Shown here piece by piece: positions 38,108 through 50,767 of a stretch of DNA of 64,000 nucleotides. The notes under the pieces are model-generated. The model saw only the letters and a program-made list of their open reading frames with translations. It made no database searches and was not told where the DNA came from. The first letter of the stretch is position 1. Every line of letters starts with the position of its first letter. Source of the stretch: Tubulanus polymorphus (taxonomy: Eukaryota > Animalia > Nemertea). Location of the stretch: positions 372,001-436,000 of the forward strand of contig NC_134032.1 in the NCBI RefSeq assembly GCF_964204645.1, given 5' to 3'. The position numbers were made by a program, and so were the translations under genes.

Positions 38108-39040
38108 AAGACCGAGTAAGTAATAGCGACACCTGATGGATCCTCGATTGCCACAAGCGGAATCCTCGATTGCCGCAGTAACGTTGCCAGCACTCCATTC
38201 CGGAGAGATCCCTTAAAGCGTCGTGTATGAGAGATAGAACTGATCGCGCTTTTGAAATCAGCTACTTTAGGTCGAGGATAATGTTTATTAGGATGAAGAA
38301 ATCAGATCGAGAGTTTTGCATCGGCTGAGTGTAAAATATGAGCGAGGTTTAACGCATCAATAAACCAAACCCACGAAGTTCGAGTTCTGGTATGTGACGA
38401 GAAACTATAGTTAACGAATAACTCGATTCAGTTTTCAACTCGACTAAAGTATGATTCAAATAGGCGTCATTCTGGAACTGAACAAACATGAATTAACGGA
38501 GTAATATTCAATTATTATGGACCGTGAAATGTTTTGAATAATTAATCGTCAACACTTCACATGTGTTCAGAAATTCACCATCGAGACATTTTCAATTGTA
38601 AATGAACTACAAACACCAGATATTGGACATTTTATCAGCGCACTTTCAGAAACTCGTGGTTCATATTTCGCATAACACTGGTGAATGTTGGAAAGGTAGC
38701 AGAGACGAACTATGAAAGTGAAGCTATTTTCTATTCATTTCTCTACAGAGTGATTCGTATAGTTTATATCGATAACTGATTCCTTTAAGAGAAAATTTCA
38801 TTCGATATTAACTGAAACTGGGATGAACGGTAGAACTATCGTTGTTTTAAGTATGATGTTTATTAGAAGCAATTAGATCGAGTTTTGAGAAAATTCCATT
38901 CGATTTTAGCGGAAATGTAGACGAAATTGAACGCCGAAGACCGAGTTACTACTAGCGACACCTGGTGGATTCTCTATTGCCGCAGTAGTTTGTGTCCTAC
39001 TACACACTGGGGACACCTGGCGGATCCTCAATTTCCTAAA
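38108..39040 (-). repeat. Two 77-bp family copies (38108-38185 and 38935-39040) with shared flank aagaccgagt
   Basis: Same flank as the 44.0 kb cluster; the sequence between the two copies is mostly unique. Confidence 0.75.
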
Positions 39041-40311
39041 CTCGCCGCAATAGCGCAAGCAAGAATCCGTATTGGAACCTTTCACCAAAAGGTCTCCATC
39101 ATGCTTATTTGATCTGGACAGACCAGTGCAGTATATACATGAACTAACCGCTGGCTTTTATTCAATTTTGTGCGCATAAACTCGATTTATTGACCGCTCT
39201 AAACTGGCGAAGAGAGGAGACCAGCGAGAAGGTGTGGATAGTGGTTTATTGACTCTGATGGTGCCGCGCGCGGCCATGTTTTATCCGTGTATGACAGACG
39301 ATCCTACTGCGCGATTATTGATTGTTCTCACTGACCGGTTCAGCGAGAGATGATTGTTTTACAATATCGTTTTATTCGGTATCGTCTGTCGTAGGATCCT
39401 CATAAATACACATCATCATACTCGACTCTGACTTAAGGGTATATACTAGTCGGCACAGCTACTAGCCGCTGCAAACCGATATTCTATTCTCTCTGGGAAT
39501 TATTTATTATAACTTATCAGGACTTATTACTATCATAATCTATTATTCACCGTTTATGAGTGGCACCGTGCAATTACGGCTAGGCAGAGCTGTTTAGGAC
39601 CTGAATCAGTTCTCTCGCCTCCGTGGGAAACGCTGTTGTATTACTTATCAACTTCACCATTCACGTAGCCTTATTACTTAAAAGCATTTGTCCCAGGCAT
39701 CTGAACGTCTGAAGATATTTGATTCGCTTTTTGTCCGCAACGAGACCACGAAATCTCGCGTGAAAATCCGTTATTCGGTTAGACGGACTGAATATGTCAT
39801 CGCTTGTCGCTAAAACCTCATGGGACCGACTGACTGCAGCACCAGCAGCAGCACCACCACCACCACCATTGGTTAGTTTGGCCAGCCTTTTTTCTTCTAT
39901 TAAGAGCAAGGGACAGGATACACACTAGACAAATGTATCCTGAGATGTATCCGGGATACAGGTCATCGAGGATGAACTGGTTTCACACAGAGAAACCATT
40001 AATTTCAATATTCCTCTCATTTACAGTAATCTCCTCAGTTCCCGGTGTGAGGAACTAGCTCGGTTTACTGCGCGCGTGATGTCACATACAGGACGCGAGG
40101 GACTGCCGACACGTCACGTACACGTCGCCAGGACGCGAGAGTCTCCGCGCCGCGTCGAGACTACAATAAATCAAACGAACCGATGACAGCAGTTAATACC
40201 GGTAACGTGTCGGTTGTCAGCAGCGCAGATAAAAACATGCACTTGGTTAAAGTTGATTTTCACCGGGGACTTCTCAACTAAACGAGCGAGCGATTATACA
40301 TCTTCCCAGTG

Positions 40312-40685
40312 CCCTACTGCACACTAGCGAAACCTGGTGTGGATCCTCACCTGCCACCAAATGGGGTCCTCTATTTCTGCAGTAGTTGATGTCCTGCTGC
40401 ACACTAGCGACACCTGGTCTATAGCAATAAGTGTAATCCATTGCTGCAGTAGTTGATGTCCTAATGCTCACTAGCGACACCTGGTGGATTCTCAATTGCC
40501 ACAGAAGGAATCCTTTATTTCTGCAGTAGTTTGTGTCCTACTGCACGCTAGTGACACCTAGTGGATCCTCACATAACACAAGTGGAATCCTCTATTGCCA
40601 ACGTGGTTGATGTCCTACTGCCACACTAGCGACACCTGGTGGATCCTCACTTGCCACACGTGGAATCCTCTATTGCCACAGTAGC
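40312..40685 (-). repeat. 77-bp family cluster, about 5 units
   Basis: ctactgcacactagcgacacctggtggatcctcacttgccac units. Confidence 0.9.
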
Positions 40686-41841
40686 ATCTCCCAACTGTTT
40701 AGCGTACTAGACTCCGTCGCTGGCAATGTCTGTATTGCAGCCACTGGTAAGCGAGTGTCGTCTGGTCACGCATATAATTAATCAAGCAACTGTACCAGGC
40801 GAGGAAGTGGTCATCAAATAACGGATTAATGGCGGATTAGGTGCGGATTAGTCGCACAGTAACTTTGATAAACCCATAGATTAATGATCGATCCTCCTGA
40901 CAGTTTGACGATAGCGAGGATTAATGGATAATCCTATCTAATTCGGGCGGCCCGAGTTCGACCCCGATCTGTTCTCGGTTGACAGCCTCGCCAATGAATA
41001 ATGTTCCGCTGGTCATGGATCAAACTCTCTTCGAGAAAGGAGGGTCAAGAAACTTTCTTGCGGCATTTCTAGTCGATTTGCTATCGGGTGATTTATCAAA
41101 TACACGAATTACATTCATGTAATTCTTTGTGAAGTTGTTTTGTAATCGAGAATTTAAAAAACAGCATAATTGATGATTCGGGAATGCTGGACGTCGCTTC
41201 AGCGATTGATTCCCTTTTTTCAGTCAGTCAACCCGCAAGGTGGCAGTGTTGGTCAAAACCAGGACCACAAGGGACGCTTATCCGATATACATTAATTTCT
41301 AAGCAATAGAAAAAAGAATTTAAATAAATTCCTATAATGCCTACAATATTCCTCCTTATTCCTAGGGGTCGTAAACGGGGCGGGCGTGGTGTACTCCAGT
41401 CTCAGACGCCGTAAAACGGGTGTTTACACCGTCACACGCTACTCACACACAGTCATCATACTCAGAGAGATCTATGAATTATTTGTAGGAATCTGTTCGG
41501 CGGCGGTGACGGCGGCGGTGACGCTGTTACAGCGGAAATATTAGCATCAAGGGACGTGTAAAAATGGCTGCTAACATTTCCGATATTAACCGCGACTGTT
41601 CGATGTTACCTGTAAACACTGATTCAGAGCCACGGGTCGGGGAAGCAGGTTTGACCTAGTTTGTGGACTGCAATGCGCCACTTATGAGGACGTCTTTTAT
41701 GTTTCAGCATCGTAAGACAATCTTACTTTATAACTATACGTAAGGATTAAATTTAACCTCTACTCAACTTTAATTCAACCTTTACTGTAACAACTAGCAG
41801 TTCTCGAACGCACCAGCATCGCACGCAACTTAAGACCGCTA

Positions 41842-42044
41842 AAGCCCAACGCACACGGCAAAACATCTGTTTCGCCGAAACAGAAAACGCGTTTTTCAGA
41901 AAACGCTTTTTATTCGTGAATAACGTTTTCCAGTTCGGCGTTTTTTTGTTGTTTTGCCTCCCCCGCACACGGCATAACAAAAAACATTGAAAACGTTTTT
42001 TCACGAGGAAAAAACGTTTTTTCGGTGCCGTGTGCACTGGGCTT
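41842..42044. mobile_element. MITE of about 200 bp with terminal inverted repeats
   Basis: aagcccaacgcacacggca ... tgccgtgtgcactgggctt, flanked by TA on both sides (or TAA/TTA, PIF/Harbinger-like), with an internal copy of gcacacggca. Confidence 0.8.
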
Positions 42045-42410
42045 TATCGATACACATCTTAAAAGTAAGCATATTTCTAGAAGCTGTTTTTCGATGTTAA
42101 CTTTTTACGAAAGAAACGCGAGAGTCGCTGATAAACGACGGCACGACGAAGCGCGCCGTATCGTGAGGAGTTTGAAGAGTTTGATCAATCGACAGATGAA
42201 GTGAAGGTTCAAGTGTCGTTTTTGAATATCGAAGTCGTTGAACTTACGGAAAAATATCATCTATGCTCTGCAGGTCGCTCGCTCGCTCGCTCGTTCGTTG
42301 GCTCTGGTTTGATATATATCTATAAATGGCTCTTAGATGTTAATGGTTTTGAAGTTATATTATACACTGAAGTAGATCTGATCATAAGGCGCAGGAGTGG
42401 TAACGTGATT

Positions 42411-42460
42411 ACAGTATTCCCGGAGATGAATATCAGGATATAGTCTAAACATTGAATAAA
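42411..42460 (+). ncRNA. Solo decayed copy of the 167-bp family hammerhead (probably inactive)
   Basis: cagtattcccggagatgaatatcaggatatagtctaaacattgaataaac with core positions mutated. Confidence 0.6.
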
Positions 42461-42464
42461 CAAT

Positions 42465-42800
42465 AATAGTAATAGTAATGATTTTTTAGTTTACATAGCA
42501 CTAAACTATAGAATAATCATATTGCTTTAAATGAAAGAGGTTGCGGTAGTTAGAATCATTACAAATTGTAAGGACATTGTTCAATAGTAAACACTTTCCT
42601 AAAAAGATATGTTTCGAAGCTTAATTTGACAGCATCGACAGATGGGGATTTCCATTACTGGACGCATTCCATAGCGCCGGGACAGTGAACTTATACTGCC
42701 AAATGACCTTTTGGAGACGGGTTTGGACCGGACGTGTGGTGTCGGGACTTGAACGGAGTGCCCTTGTAGGAACATTGACTGTTAAAGGTGACGCCAGGCC
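42465..42800 (-). mobile_element. 5'-truncated L2-type LINE: ORF2 C-terminus and 3' UTR with (ATT)-like tail
   Basis: VPTRALRSS...TRLQK...PALWNA, then a frameshifted ETYLFR (the L2 PTR.LRS / AP.LWN.LP / LKTYLF pattern), then gtgctatgtaaa and an attactattactattatt tail. Confidence 0.72.
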
Positions 42801-42844
42801 CAATGTGTAACCGCAATGACCAAAAAAACTGACAATCTTCAATT

Positions 42845-42910
42845 GCGGCAGGTCTACGGTCTAGTGGATAGCATGCTCGTCTGGTAAGCTGGAGGTCAAG
42901 GGCACGAGTT
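42845..42910 (+). mobile_element. tRNA-derived SINE head (A-box, degenerate B-box)
   Basis: cGGTCTAGTGGatagcatgctcgtctggtaagctggaggtcaagggcacgagtt. Confidence 0.5.
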
Positions 42911-43054
42911 ACATCAATTGTTATCGAGTTGTATCACTTAGCTCTGTGTACAGGTATCATCTATACAGGTACTCAGCTAGACACATTAAGTGATCTACGC
43001 GGCAGACCTTGGAGTTTGTAAATCTCCTTATTATCCTGTGTTGTCAAGTACAGC

Positions 43055-43215
43055 ATGTCTCCGACACTGACGGGCAGACGAACTACTACATCACGTACAA
43101 CACCCTCTATTGGTGACCAGACACACTAAATTATTCACATCACCCTCCTGATTCAATTTGTTGTTGTTATGTCTCCAGCGCTGACAGACGAACAAACAAC
43201 GACATCACGTACAAG
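43055..43215 (+). repeat. Second copy of the 24.8 kb dispersed repeat
   Basis: See 24770-25100. Confidence 0.75.
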
Positions 43216-43954
43216 ATATCTACGATATACCGAAGATCAGGCTACCTCATAGAAGTCAATTAGCCTCCATGATACGAGCGCAGGCCTCTCGTCTAAGCTT
43301 CGGATATAGATTTTATCAGTCTAGTAGAGTATACCAATTCGCCGTCTACTCCGATAACACGATAATATTGATTTAGTTAATTTTTCATCGTCGTAACTTT
43401 TTTTCGATATTTATTTTCATTCACAACACAACCGACTGGGAGGTGTAGCGTTTCGCCGGATGTTTGCGCGGCAGCACGTGCGCGGTAACGCGATAACGTT
43501 TCGTACGTAAAGGTAAATAAACGTCGGAAAATTCTCAAAGATAATGAATCATACGAAAGCGGCGGGGATTCCGTTTGCGTGATGTCACGTTTGACGTCAT
43601 TCGCGCGTGCCCGAGACGATGACGCAATCTTAATGAATTGTGACGTTCTCGTATCAATGCCGAGAGACAATGCCGGTTAAATTACTTCTCAATGGAATTC
43701 AGTTTAAACTTAATTGACTTAGTTGAATTTAATAAGTCAAATTTATAAGTTGAATCAGTTAAATTTAGATTGAATTTAACTCATTTAAATTCTATTTTCC
43801 TTCTCGGCGGAATTCAGTTGTCGAAATTAGTTCATTTTTCAATGGAATTTGAACTGAATTTTTAGACTCCTAAAACTGTGGATTATCACAGCACTCACCA
43901 AATATACAATACTTTCATCCTTCTACTCTGATATCGTTAAAGTTTACATAAATA

Positions 43955-44310
43955 ATTGATTCATTTAAGAGAAAAGTTCACTCGATTTTAACTGAAATTG
44001 AACACAGAAGACCGAGTAACTACTAGCGACACCTGATGGATCCTCACTTGCCACAAGTTGAATCCTCGATCGCCCTGCAGTTGATGTGGCCTACTGCACA
44101 CTGGCGACACCTGATCCAAAGTGAAATCCTCTACTGCCGCGCCCTACTACGCACTAGCGACACCTGGTGGACCCTCACTTACAACAAGTGGAATCCTCTA
44201 TTGATCCTACTTCTCACTAGCGACACCTGGTGGACCCTCACTTGCCACAAGTGGAATCCTCTATTGCCACAGTAGCTATTGCCCTACTGCACACTAGCGA
44301 CACCTGGCGG
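43955..44310 (-). repeat. 77-bp family cluster with unique flank shared with 38.78-38.95 kb
   Basis: gattc.tttaagagaaaa.ttca.tcgat.ttaactgaaa and gaaattgaac...gaagaccgagt.actactagcgacacctg at both loci. Confidence 0.85.
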
Positions 44311-45180
44311 TGCCATAATATGGTCACGGCATTGCTGTAGGTTCCAGTCTGAATCGTTATCGTTATCGGGCAGACGGATGTCTAAACGTTTCGATCTATG
44401 AATCGACGACTCGACGCGGACACTTGACATAATCAGACCACTGTCACACGCGCGGCCGCATCCGCGCCGAGACACGCTGAATAGTGTACAGATCGCGAGA
44501 GGAGTTCATTCAGACACTGAAACACGCTGTGTTACTATGACACATTACCCGTTTACCAGTTGAAATCGATGTAATGTTATTGGTCGTGATTGGGCGCGGG
44601 TTAATTATTAATAAAATCTCAAGCGGGGAAGAGAGAGAGAGAGAGGAAGAGAGAGAGTGGAAGAGAGTAGGAGAGAGCGGGAAAATAGCTAATAACGTGT
44701 CTTATTCGCATCTAGTTCGTGCTAATTACACCCTTGGTGTATGCACGCAGCGCAATTATACCGCTAGTTGAAACTACTCAAACAGTTATCGTTATTATAT
44801 CTGTTGTGTGTGTTGATTATTTTCGTAATATCGGCGAATTTATTAGATGTTACACCAACGAGTCGACCTCTCGTCAGTAGCAAGACGCGTGTATTTATTC
44901 TTTTTAACTCGTGCGCGAAGATTGAAATGTGCTGATACCGCGGCCGCGAACGCGGTTGTTCTGACGGGTTTCAGGTGCCACGGTTTGTAAACTGTTGCTA
45001 GAACTTGCCGACCGGGTCTTGACATGCAGTTTACATCATATTATGATGCGTTTGAACCGATTCCAAAGAATACTTGCGAAAACTCGTAAATGATAAAAGC
45101 CGTTATACTTAAAGACGGTCCTAGTTTTGGATGGGTTAATAAAAGAAGTCTGTTTGAAGTACGCGGTTTTGGAGTATGGC

Positions 45181-45502
45181 CCAAGCATTGCGAGACCTTG
45201 CTACCGCCCGCTAGCCCGGCCCGAGCATTGAGAGACCTTGCTACCGCCCGCTAGCCCGGCCCGAGCATTGAGAGACCTTGCTACCGCCCGCTAGCCCGGC
45301 CCGAGCATTGAGAGACCTTGCTACCGCCCGCTAGCCCGGCCCGAGCATTGAGAGACCTTGCTACCGCCCGCTAGCCCGGCCCGAGCATTGAGAGACCTTG
45401 CTACCGCCCGCTAGCCCGGCCCGAGCATTGAGAGACCTTGCTACCGCCCGCTAGCCCGGCCCGAGCATTGAGAGACCTTGCTACCGCCCGCTAGCCCGGC
45501 CC
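45181..45502. repeat. 40-bp GC-rich minisatellite, 8 near-identical copies
   Basis: gcattgagagaccttgctaccgcccgctagcccggcccga. Confidence 0.97.
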
Positions 45503-45689
45503 ATTAGGAATCACGTTTTATTTATGCTTTCGGGAAAAAAACAATAATTAATTTGTTTCGACGATTCTTTGTTGTTTTAATTGCCATAATAAAAAACCCA
45601 CGACAGAACAATGCTGAAATAAGGCAGTAAATTATTCAAAATTCGATTCTAATTGCAAATCGATCTTTCGACGCCAACTGTCCTGACTC

Positions 45690-45995
45690 CAAGTATGGAT
45701 TCAACAGTTGTGTGGATTTTGACTGTAGGGATTCACAGTCAAATTTTAAAACTGTAACACAACTGTAAAACTGTAACACAACTGTAAAACTGGAGGGGGG
45801 TTCAGAAACATTTTCAACCCACAATATGTTATAGAAATGGGTTCAAATGAAACCCAGATTATAACTGTGGAACTGGATCAGGAGTCAAATGAAACCGACA
45901 CAACTGTGGATATGGATTCAGAGACAAACCGACACAACCGTGGAACTGGATCCAGTGTCAAAATAAACCCACATCACTGTGGTACTGGGTTCATT
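45690..45995. repeat. Degenerate 39-bp family units in both orientations
   Basis: acagttgtgtggatttttgact followed by aactgtggaactggatc-type units. Confidence 0.65.
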
Positions 45996-46015
45996 AAACG
46001 CCCTGTTTGTTTGCG

Positions 46016-46482
46016 AATCTCAGGGTCTCCGCGGGTCTCAGGGTCTCCGCGGGTCTCAGGGTCTCCGCGGATCTCAGGGTCTCCGCGGGTCTCAGGGTCT
46101 CCGCGGATGTCAGGGTCTCCGCGGATTTCAGGGTCTCCGCGGGCCTCTGAGTCGCTGCAGATCTCAGGGTCTCCGCGGTTCTCAGGGTCTCCGCGGGTCT
46201 CTGGGTCTCCGCGGATGTCAGGGTCTCCGCGGATTTCAGGGTCTCTGCGGGTCTCTGAGTCGCTGCGGATCTCAGGGTCTCCGCGGGTCTCAGGGTCTCC
46301 GCGGATCTCAGGGTCACCGCGGGTCTCAGGGTCTCCGCGGATGTCAGGGTCTCCGCGGATTTCAGGGTCTCCGCGGGTCTCTGAGTCGCTGCAGATCTCA
46401 GGGTCTCCGCGGGTCTCTGAGTCGCTGCGGATCTCAGGGTCTCCGCGGGTCTCAGGGTCTCCGCGGATCTCAGGGTCTCCAC
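46016..46482. repeat. 18-bp minisatellite with higher-order variant pattern
   Basis: tctcagggtctccgcgg(g/a) units; the variant series gatgtca / gatttca / tctgagtcgctgc recurs three times. Confidence 0.95.
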
Positions 46483-47071
46483 GGCGGTGCTTGTATTGAA
46501 TTTCTTGCTATAATTTGTTTTAATCGGATTGTAAGCGATTTATATAAACAAAACTCAAGTCGCGCTTTATAATGAAAAGTCGATATCGAAAATCTGACAA
46601 AAACAGATGTTTGAAATATGAAATAAATTCTCAATTCTCACACACGCAGAGTTGAAACCTTATCCGGTAATGAGTGAAAAAATAATTCCGTGGACACCGT
46701 GCGCATTATAGTAAAATAAACCATGAATAGGAAACTATGAATGGTATTCCTTGGAAAAAGCAGCGCTGCCTGATGCTGAGCTTGAAATCCACTATCGGTT
46801 TGTAGAAGAATCTCAATCAAATACATCAGAAAAGACGCAATTCGGAAGGATGAACAGTGCCAAATTTGCAGAAAAGTTTTAGCGGTCTTTGACCTGGCAA
46901 AAAGGGTGCATTGTCAGTGAAAAAGCTGGTACTAGACTCCAGAAAATAACCCCTAGAGCCACCCCTGTCTTGATGGGGGAGGTATCTAATATAGAAACAT
47001 CAAGATTCCGAAAGGTATTTGAATCGTTGACCACAAGGCCAACTGGTGGCCAACAATGACAACGTCATTCA

Positions 47072-47108
47072 GCTTTGATAAAGTGTCATCAGGACACGAA
47101 ACGTCAGC
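47072..47108 (+). ncRNA. Solo minimal hammerhead ribozyme with U3-A8 core variant
   Basis: GCT TTGATAA A GTGTC atcag GACAC GAAAC GTC AGC: stem I GCT/AGC, 5-bp stem II, ACGU palindrome, canonical GUC site. Confidence 0.65.
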
Positions 47109-47411
47109 ACAAGTAAATTGCGCGGTAATGCACTATAGGTCTTTAGTCTTTAGTCTTTAGTTTCGGTAGTAAGTCAGTGTTACACTCAAAACTCGACTAA
47201 CGGTAATTCTGCACTTGTTCCTCCGCCGCTGTGTATAAGATAATTGTATATATTTGCGCAAAAAAAAAACATCGGAATGTTTTCACAAAGTTGTTTATAA
47301 CGTTGCGGGTATGAAGAGCATTGACTGGTGCACGGGGGTGAGGGAGAGAGAGAGGGGGTGAGGGAGAGAGAGAGGGGGAGGGGAAACTTTGAACTGTCGT
47401 TTCAAATCCAA

Positions 47412-47850
47412 ACTAAAACAACTGCGGAACTGGATTCAGAGTCAAATTAAACCCATACAACTGTGGAACTAAATCCAGAGTCAAATTAAACCCACACAAC
47501 TGTGGAACTGGATTCAGAGTCAAATAAAACCCACACAACTGTGGAACTGGATTCAGAGTCAAATTAAACCCACACAACTGTGGAACTGGGTTCAGAGTCG
47601 AATTAAACCCACACAACTGTGGAACTGGATTCAGAGTCAAATTAAACCCACACAACTGTGGAACTGGGTTCAGAGTCGAATTAAACCCACACAACTGTGG
47701 AACTGGATTCAGAGTCAAATTAAACCCACACAACTGTGGAACTGGATTCAGAGTCAAATTAGATCCACACAACTGTGGAACTGGATTCAGAGTCAAATTA
47801 AACCCACACAACTGTGAAACTGGATCCAGTGTTAAACATGAACCCCAAAC
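47412..47850 (+). repeat. 39-bp satellite, about 11 copies
   Basis: aacccacacaactgtggaactggattcagagtcaaatta. Confidence 0.95.
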
Positions 47851-48032
47851 CCACGCTGCATGATCAAAAATTCATAAAGACTATGAATTTTTGATGATAA
47901 GATCAATTATAAGTGATCGGTTTTGAGGCAAGACATTTGAAATTTTTTTTCCCCTATAGACGTCGGCGCCCGAGGAAAAATAATGTTTCCGAACTTAAAA
48001 GAGCAAGAAATAAGAATTATAGGAAAACTTAC

Positions 48033-48270
48033 CAGAATTCCCAGTTTGCGGAAACCGTGCGCCGTGTTTTCTAATCCGATGTTAAACCAGTGATGTGATA
48101 ATCCATTTTTTAAAATGTGGGGTTCGTCTGCGAGACCTGCGAGGGGGAATAATAGAAATATTGACGATAAAAGTTTTCAACGGAAGGCGCTTAGTCAGTG
48201 AGAGTCGGTGAGAGCCAGTAAGAGCAGCCGGTGAGAGCGGAGTGGTTGACGGCGTTGTTTCTGTGTAACT
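48033..48270 (-). other. Candidate non-coding first exon of the minus-strand gene
   Basis: Initiator-like TCAGTT (48267-48272, minus) and strong donor CTG|GTAAGT at 48033. The link to the 11806 acceptor is inferred. Confidence 0.4.
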
Positions 48271-48375
48271 GAACGCGCGCTACTGTTGGAATAGCGATGC
48301 GGCGGCGTAACGCGCGCGCGTGTTGCTGTTTGAGTGACGGGTGGCGCTACGTCAGCTGCGACATGGCAACCACCA
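48262..48375 (-). promoter_or_regulatory. Candidate CpG-rich promoter
   Basis: Inr-like TCAGTT, (CG)n run at 48311-48320, TGACGTA CRE-like site at 48348-48354, RFX-like GTTGCCATG at 48362-48370. Confidence 0.4.
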
Positions 48376-48461
48376 GCTATTGAGAGAGGACATAACAGCT
48401 TATAGCAGCTCCCAGCCCATACTCAAGCGTGTAGCATAGTTACAGTTTTTGACACGGCCAC

Positions 48462-49878
48462 AAAGTTAACTCATTGATAAATGAACTAGGTCGACTCGAA
48501 TTCAACTCAATCAAAATGAACTAGTTTGACTCAAATTTAACTCAATGAAAATGAACTGATTTGACTAAAAGTTTAATGGTCGAAAAAGAACTAGTTCGAC
48601 TCAATGAAAATGAACTAGTTTGACTCAATGAAAATGAACTAGTTTGACTCAAAGTTAACTCAATGAAAATGAACTTGTTTGACTCAATGAAAATGAACTA
48701 GTTCGACTCAAAGTTAACTCAATGAAAATGAACTGATTTGACTAAAAGTTTAATGGTCGAAAAAGAACTAGTTCGACTCAATGAAAATGAACTAGTTTGA
48801 CTCAATGAAAATGAACTAGTTTGACTCAATGAAAATGAACTTGTTTGACTCAATGAAAATGAACTAGTTCGACTCAAAGTTAACTCAATGAAAATGAACT
48901 AGTTTGACTCAATGAAAATGAACTAGTTTGACTCAAAGTTAACTCAATGAAAATGAACTTGTTTGACTCAATGAAAATGAACTAGTTCGACTCAAAGTTA
49001 ACTCAATGAAAATGAACTGATTTGACTAAAAGTTTAATGGTCGAAAAAGAACTAGTTCGACTCAATGAAAATGAACTAGTTTGACTCAATGAAAATGAAC
49101 TAGTTTGACTCAATGAAAATGAACTTGTTTGACTCAATGAAAATGAACTAGTTCGACTCAAAGTTAACTCAATGAAAATGAACTAGTTCGACTCAAAGTT
49201 AACTCAATGAAAATGAACTAGTTCGACTCAAAGTTAACTCAATGAAAATGAACTAGTTTGACTCAATGAAAATGAACTAGTTTGACTCAATGAAAATGAA
49301 CTAGTTCGACTCAAAGAAAATGAACTAGTTTGACTCAAAGTTAACTCAATGAAAATGAACTTGTTTGACTCAATGAAAATGAACTAGTTCGACTCAAAGT
49401 TAACTCAATGAAAATGAACTGATTTGACTAAAAGTTTAATGGTCGAAAAAGAACTAGTTCGACTCAATGAAAATGAACTAGTTTGACTCAAAGTTAACTC
49501 AATGAAAATGAACTTGTTTGACTCAATGAAAATGAACTAGTTCGACTCAAAGTTAACTCAATGAAAATGAACTGATTTGACTAAAAGTTTAATGGTCGAA
49601 AAAGAACTAGTTCGACTCAATGAAAATGAACTAGTTTGACTCAATGAAAATGAACTAGTTTGACTCAATGAAAATGAACTTGTTTGACTCAATGAAAATG
49701 AACTAGTTCGACTCAAAGTTAACTCAATGAAAATGAACTAGTTCGACTCAAAGTTAACTCAATGAAAATGAACTAGTTCGACTCTAAGTTAACTCAATGA
49801 AAATGAACTACTAGTTTGACTCAATGAAAATGTACTAGTTTGACTCAAATTTAACTGTGGTTGAAAAATGAACTAGTT
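48462..49878. repeat. Composite satellite of 24-, 35- and 59-bp units
   Basis: aatgaaaatgaactagtt(t/c)gactc with optional aaagttaactc; the marker variant gatttgactaaaagtttaatggtcgaaaaagaac occurs five times. Confidence 0.95.
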
Positions 49879-50767
49879 TTCACAAGTTTTATTCATCGCA
49901 AGCCATTTTTAGAAAAGGAGGAAAGTTTCATATGCGATAGCAAAATGGACTTAACTAAAGTGAAAGTCCATAAAAATCTTGGAAGGACTCCAGAAAATAT
50001 CTTGATATAAGTTACTTTAACCGATTTAGAAAACCTTGTCGCTGTCGCTGTCGTGTAGGTCGTGTATTGAGTGACGGGGTCAAGATTTCTTTGTTTTTTA
50101 AGAATACTAGACGTCCGGATATGTAGAAAAAATCGGTGAAACATACGACATTTTTACAACAAAACACGGATACGTGGGAAAATAACACGTGAACGAAAAA
50201 AGAGAAATATTGATGGAATTCGGGACTCGAAACCACTCGACGCGAATTTACGCGAAGGCGATATTATGTTCGCGTATGGTATTATGACGTGTGGGTAGTA
50301 TACTTGTGTAGAACACTGCGAACGAGACCTAACCCCACTCGATCACAAATATCCGATAATTAAGACGATTTGGGTAAACATTTCAAGCGGTATCGGTATA
50401 TTCTAGACGGGGTCGTTTTGAAAAGAGCTCTTCCCTCAAGCTCTCAATCTGTGTCCAATCCAAATGCTCGACTTGAACCTCATACAAAATTGAAGTGACG
50501 AATTCTAATCTCACAGATTCCACCTACTCCACCAATTAGTGACCGAATAATCTAATTATGTTCGATCAGTTTTCTGCCAAGCTGCGGGGATTGAATTTAA
50601 ATTGCGGTTGATTTGATTAGAATCGAGATTATTTTTCCTAAATGGATCTAATTATTGGGAGGTCGGATGGAGAGAGATGGAGTTCAATTTAGACGGCTTT
50701 GCATTCGTTTGTAACGAAGGTATTTGAAGGAGATAGTGTTATTATGATACCAATAAGGAGCATACGT

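Noticed and set aside
45837-46572. 220-aa SGSPR-repeat ORF and overlapping ORFs
   Set aside because: Translation of an 18-bp minisatellite that is open in several frames; the N-terminus comes from 39-bp satellite relics.
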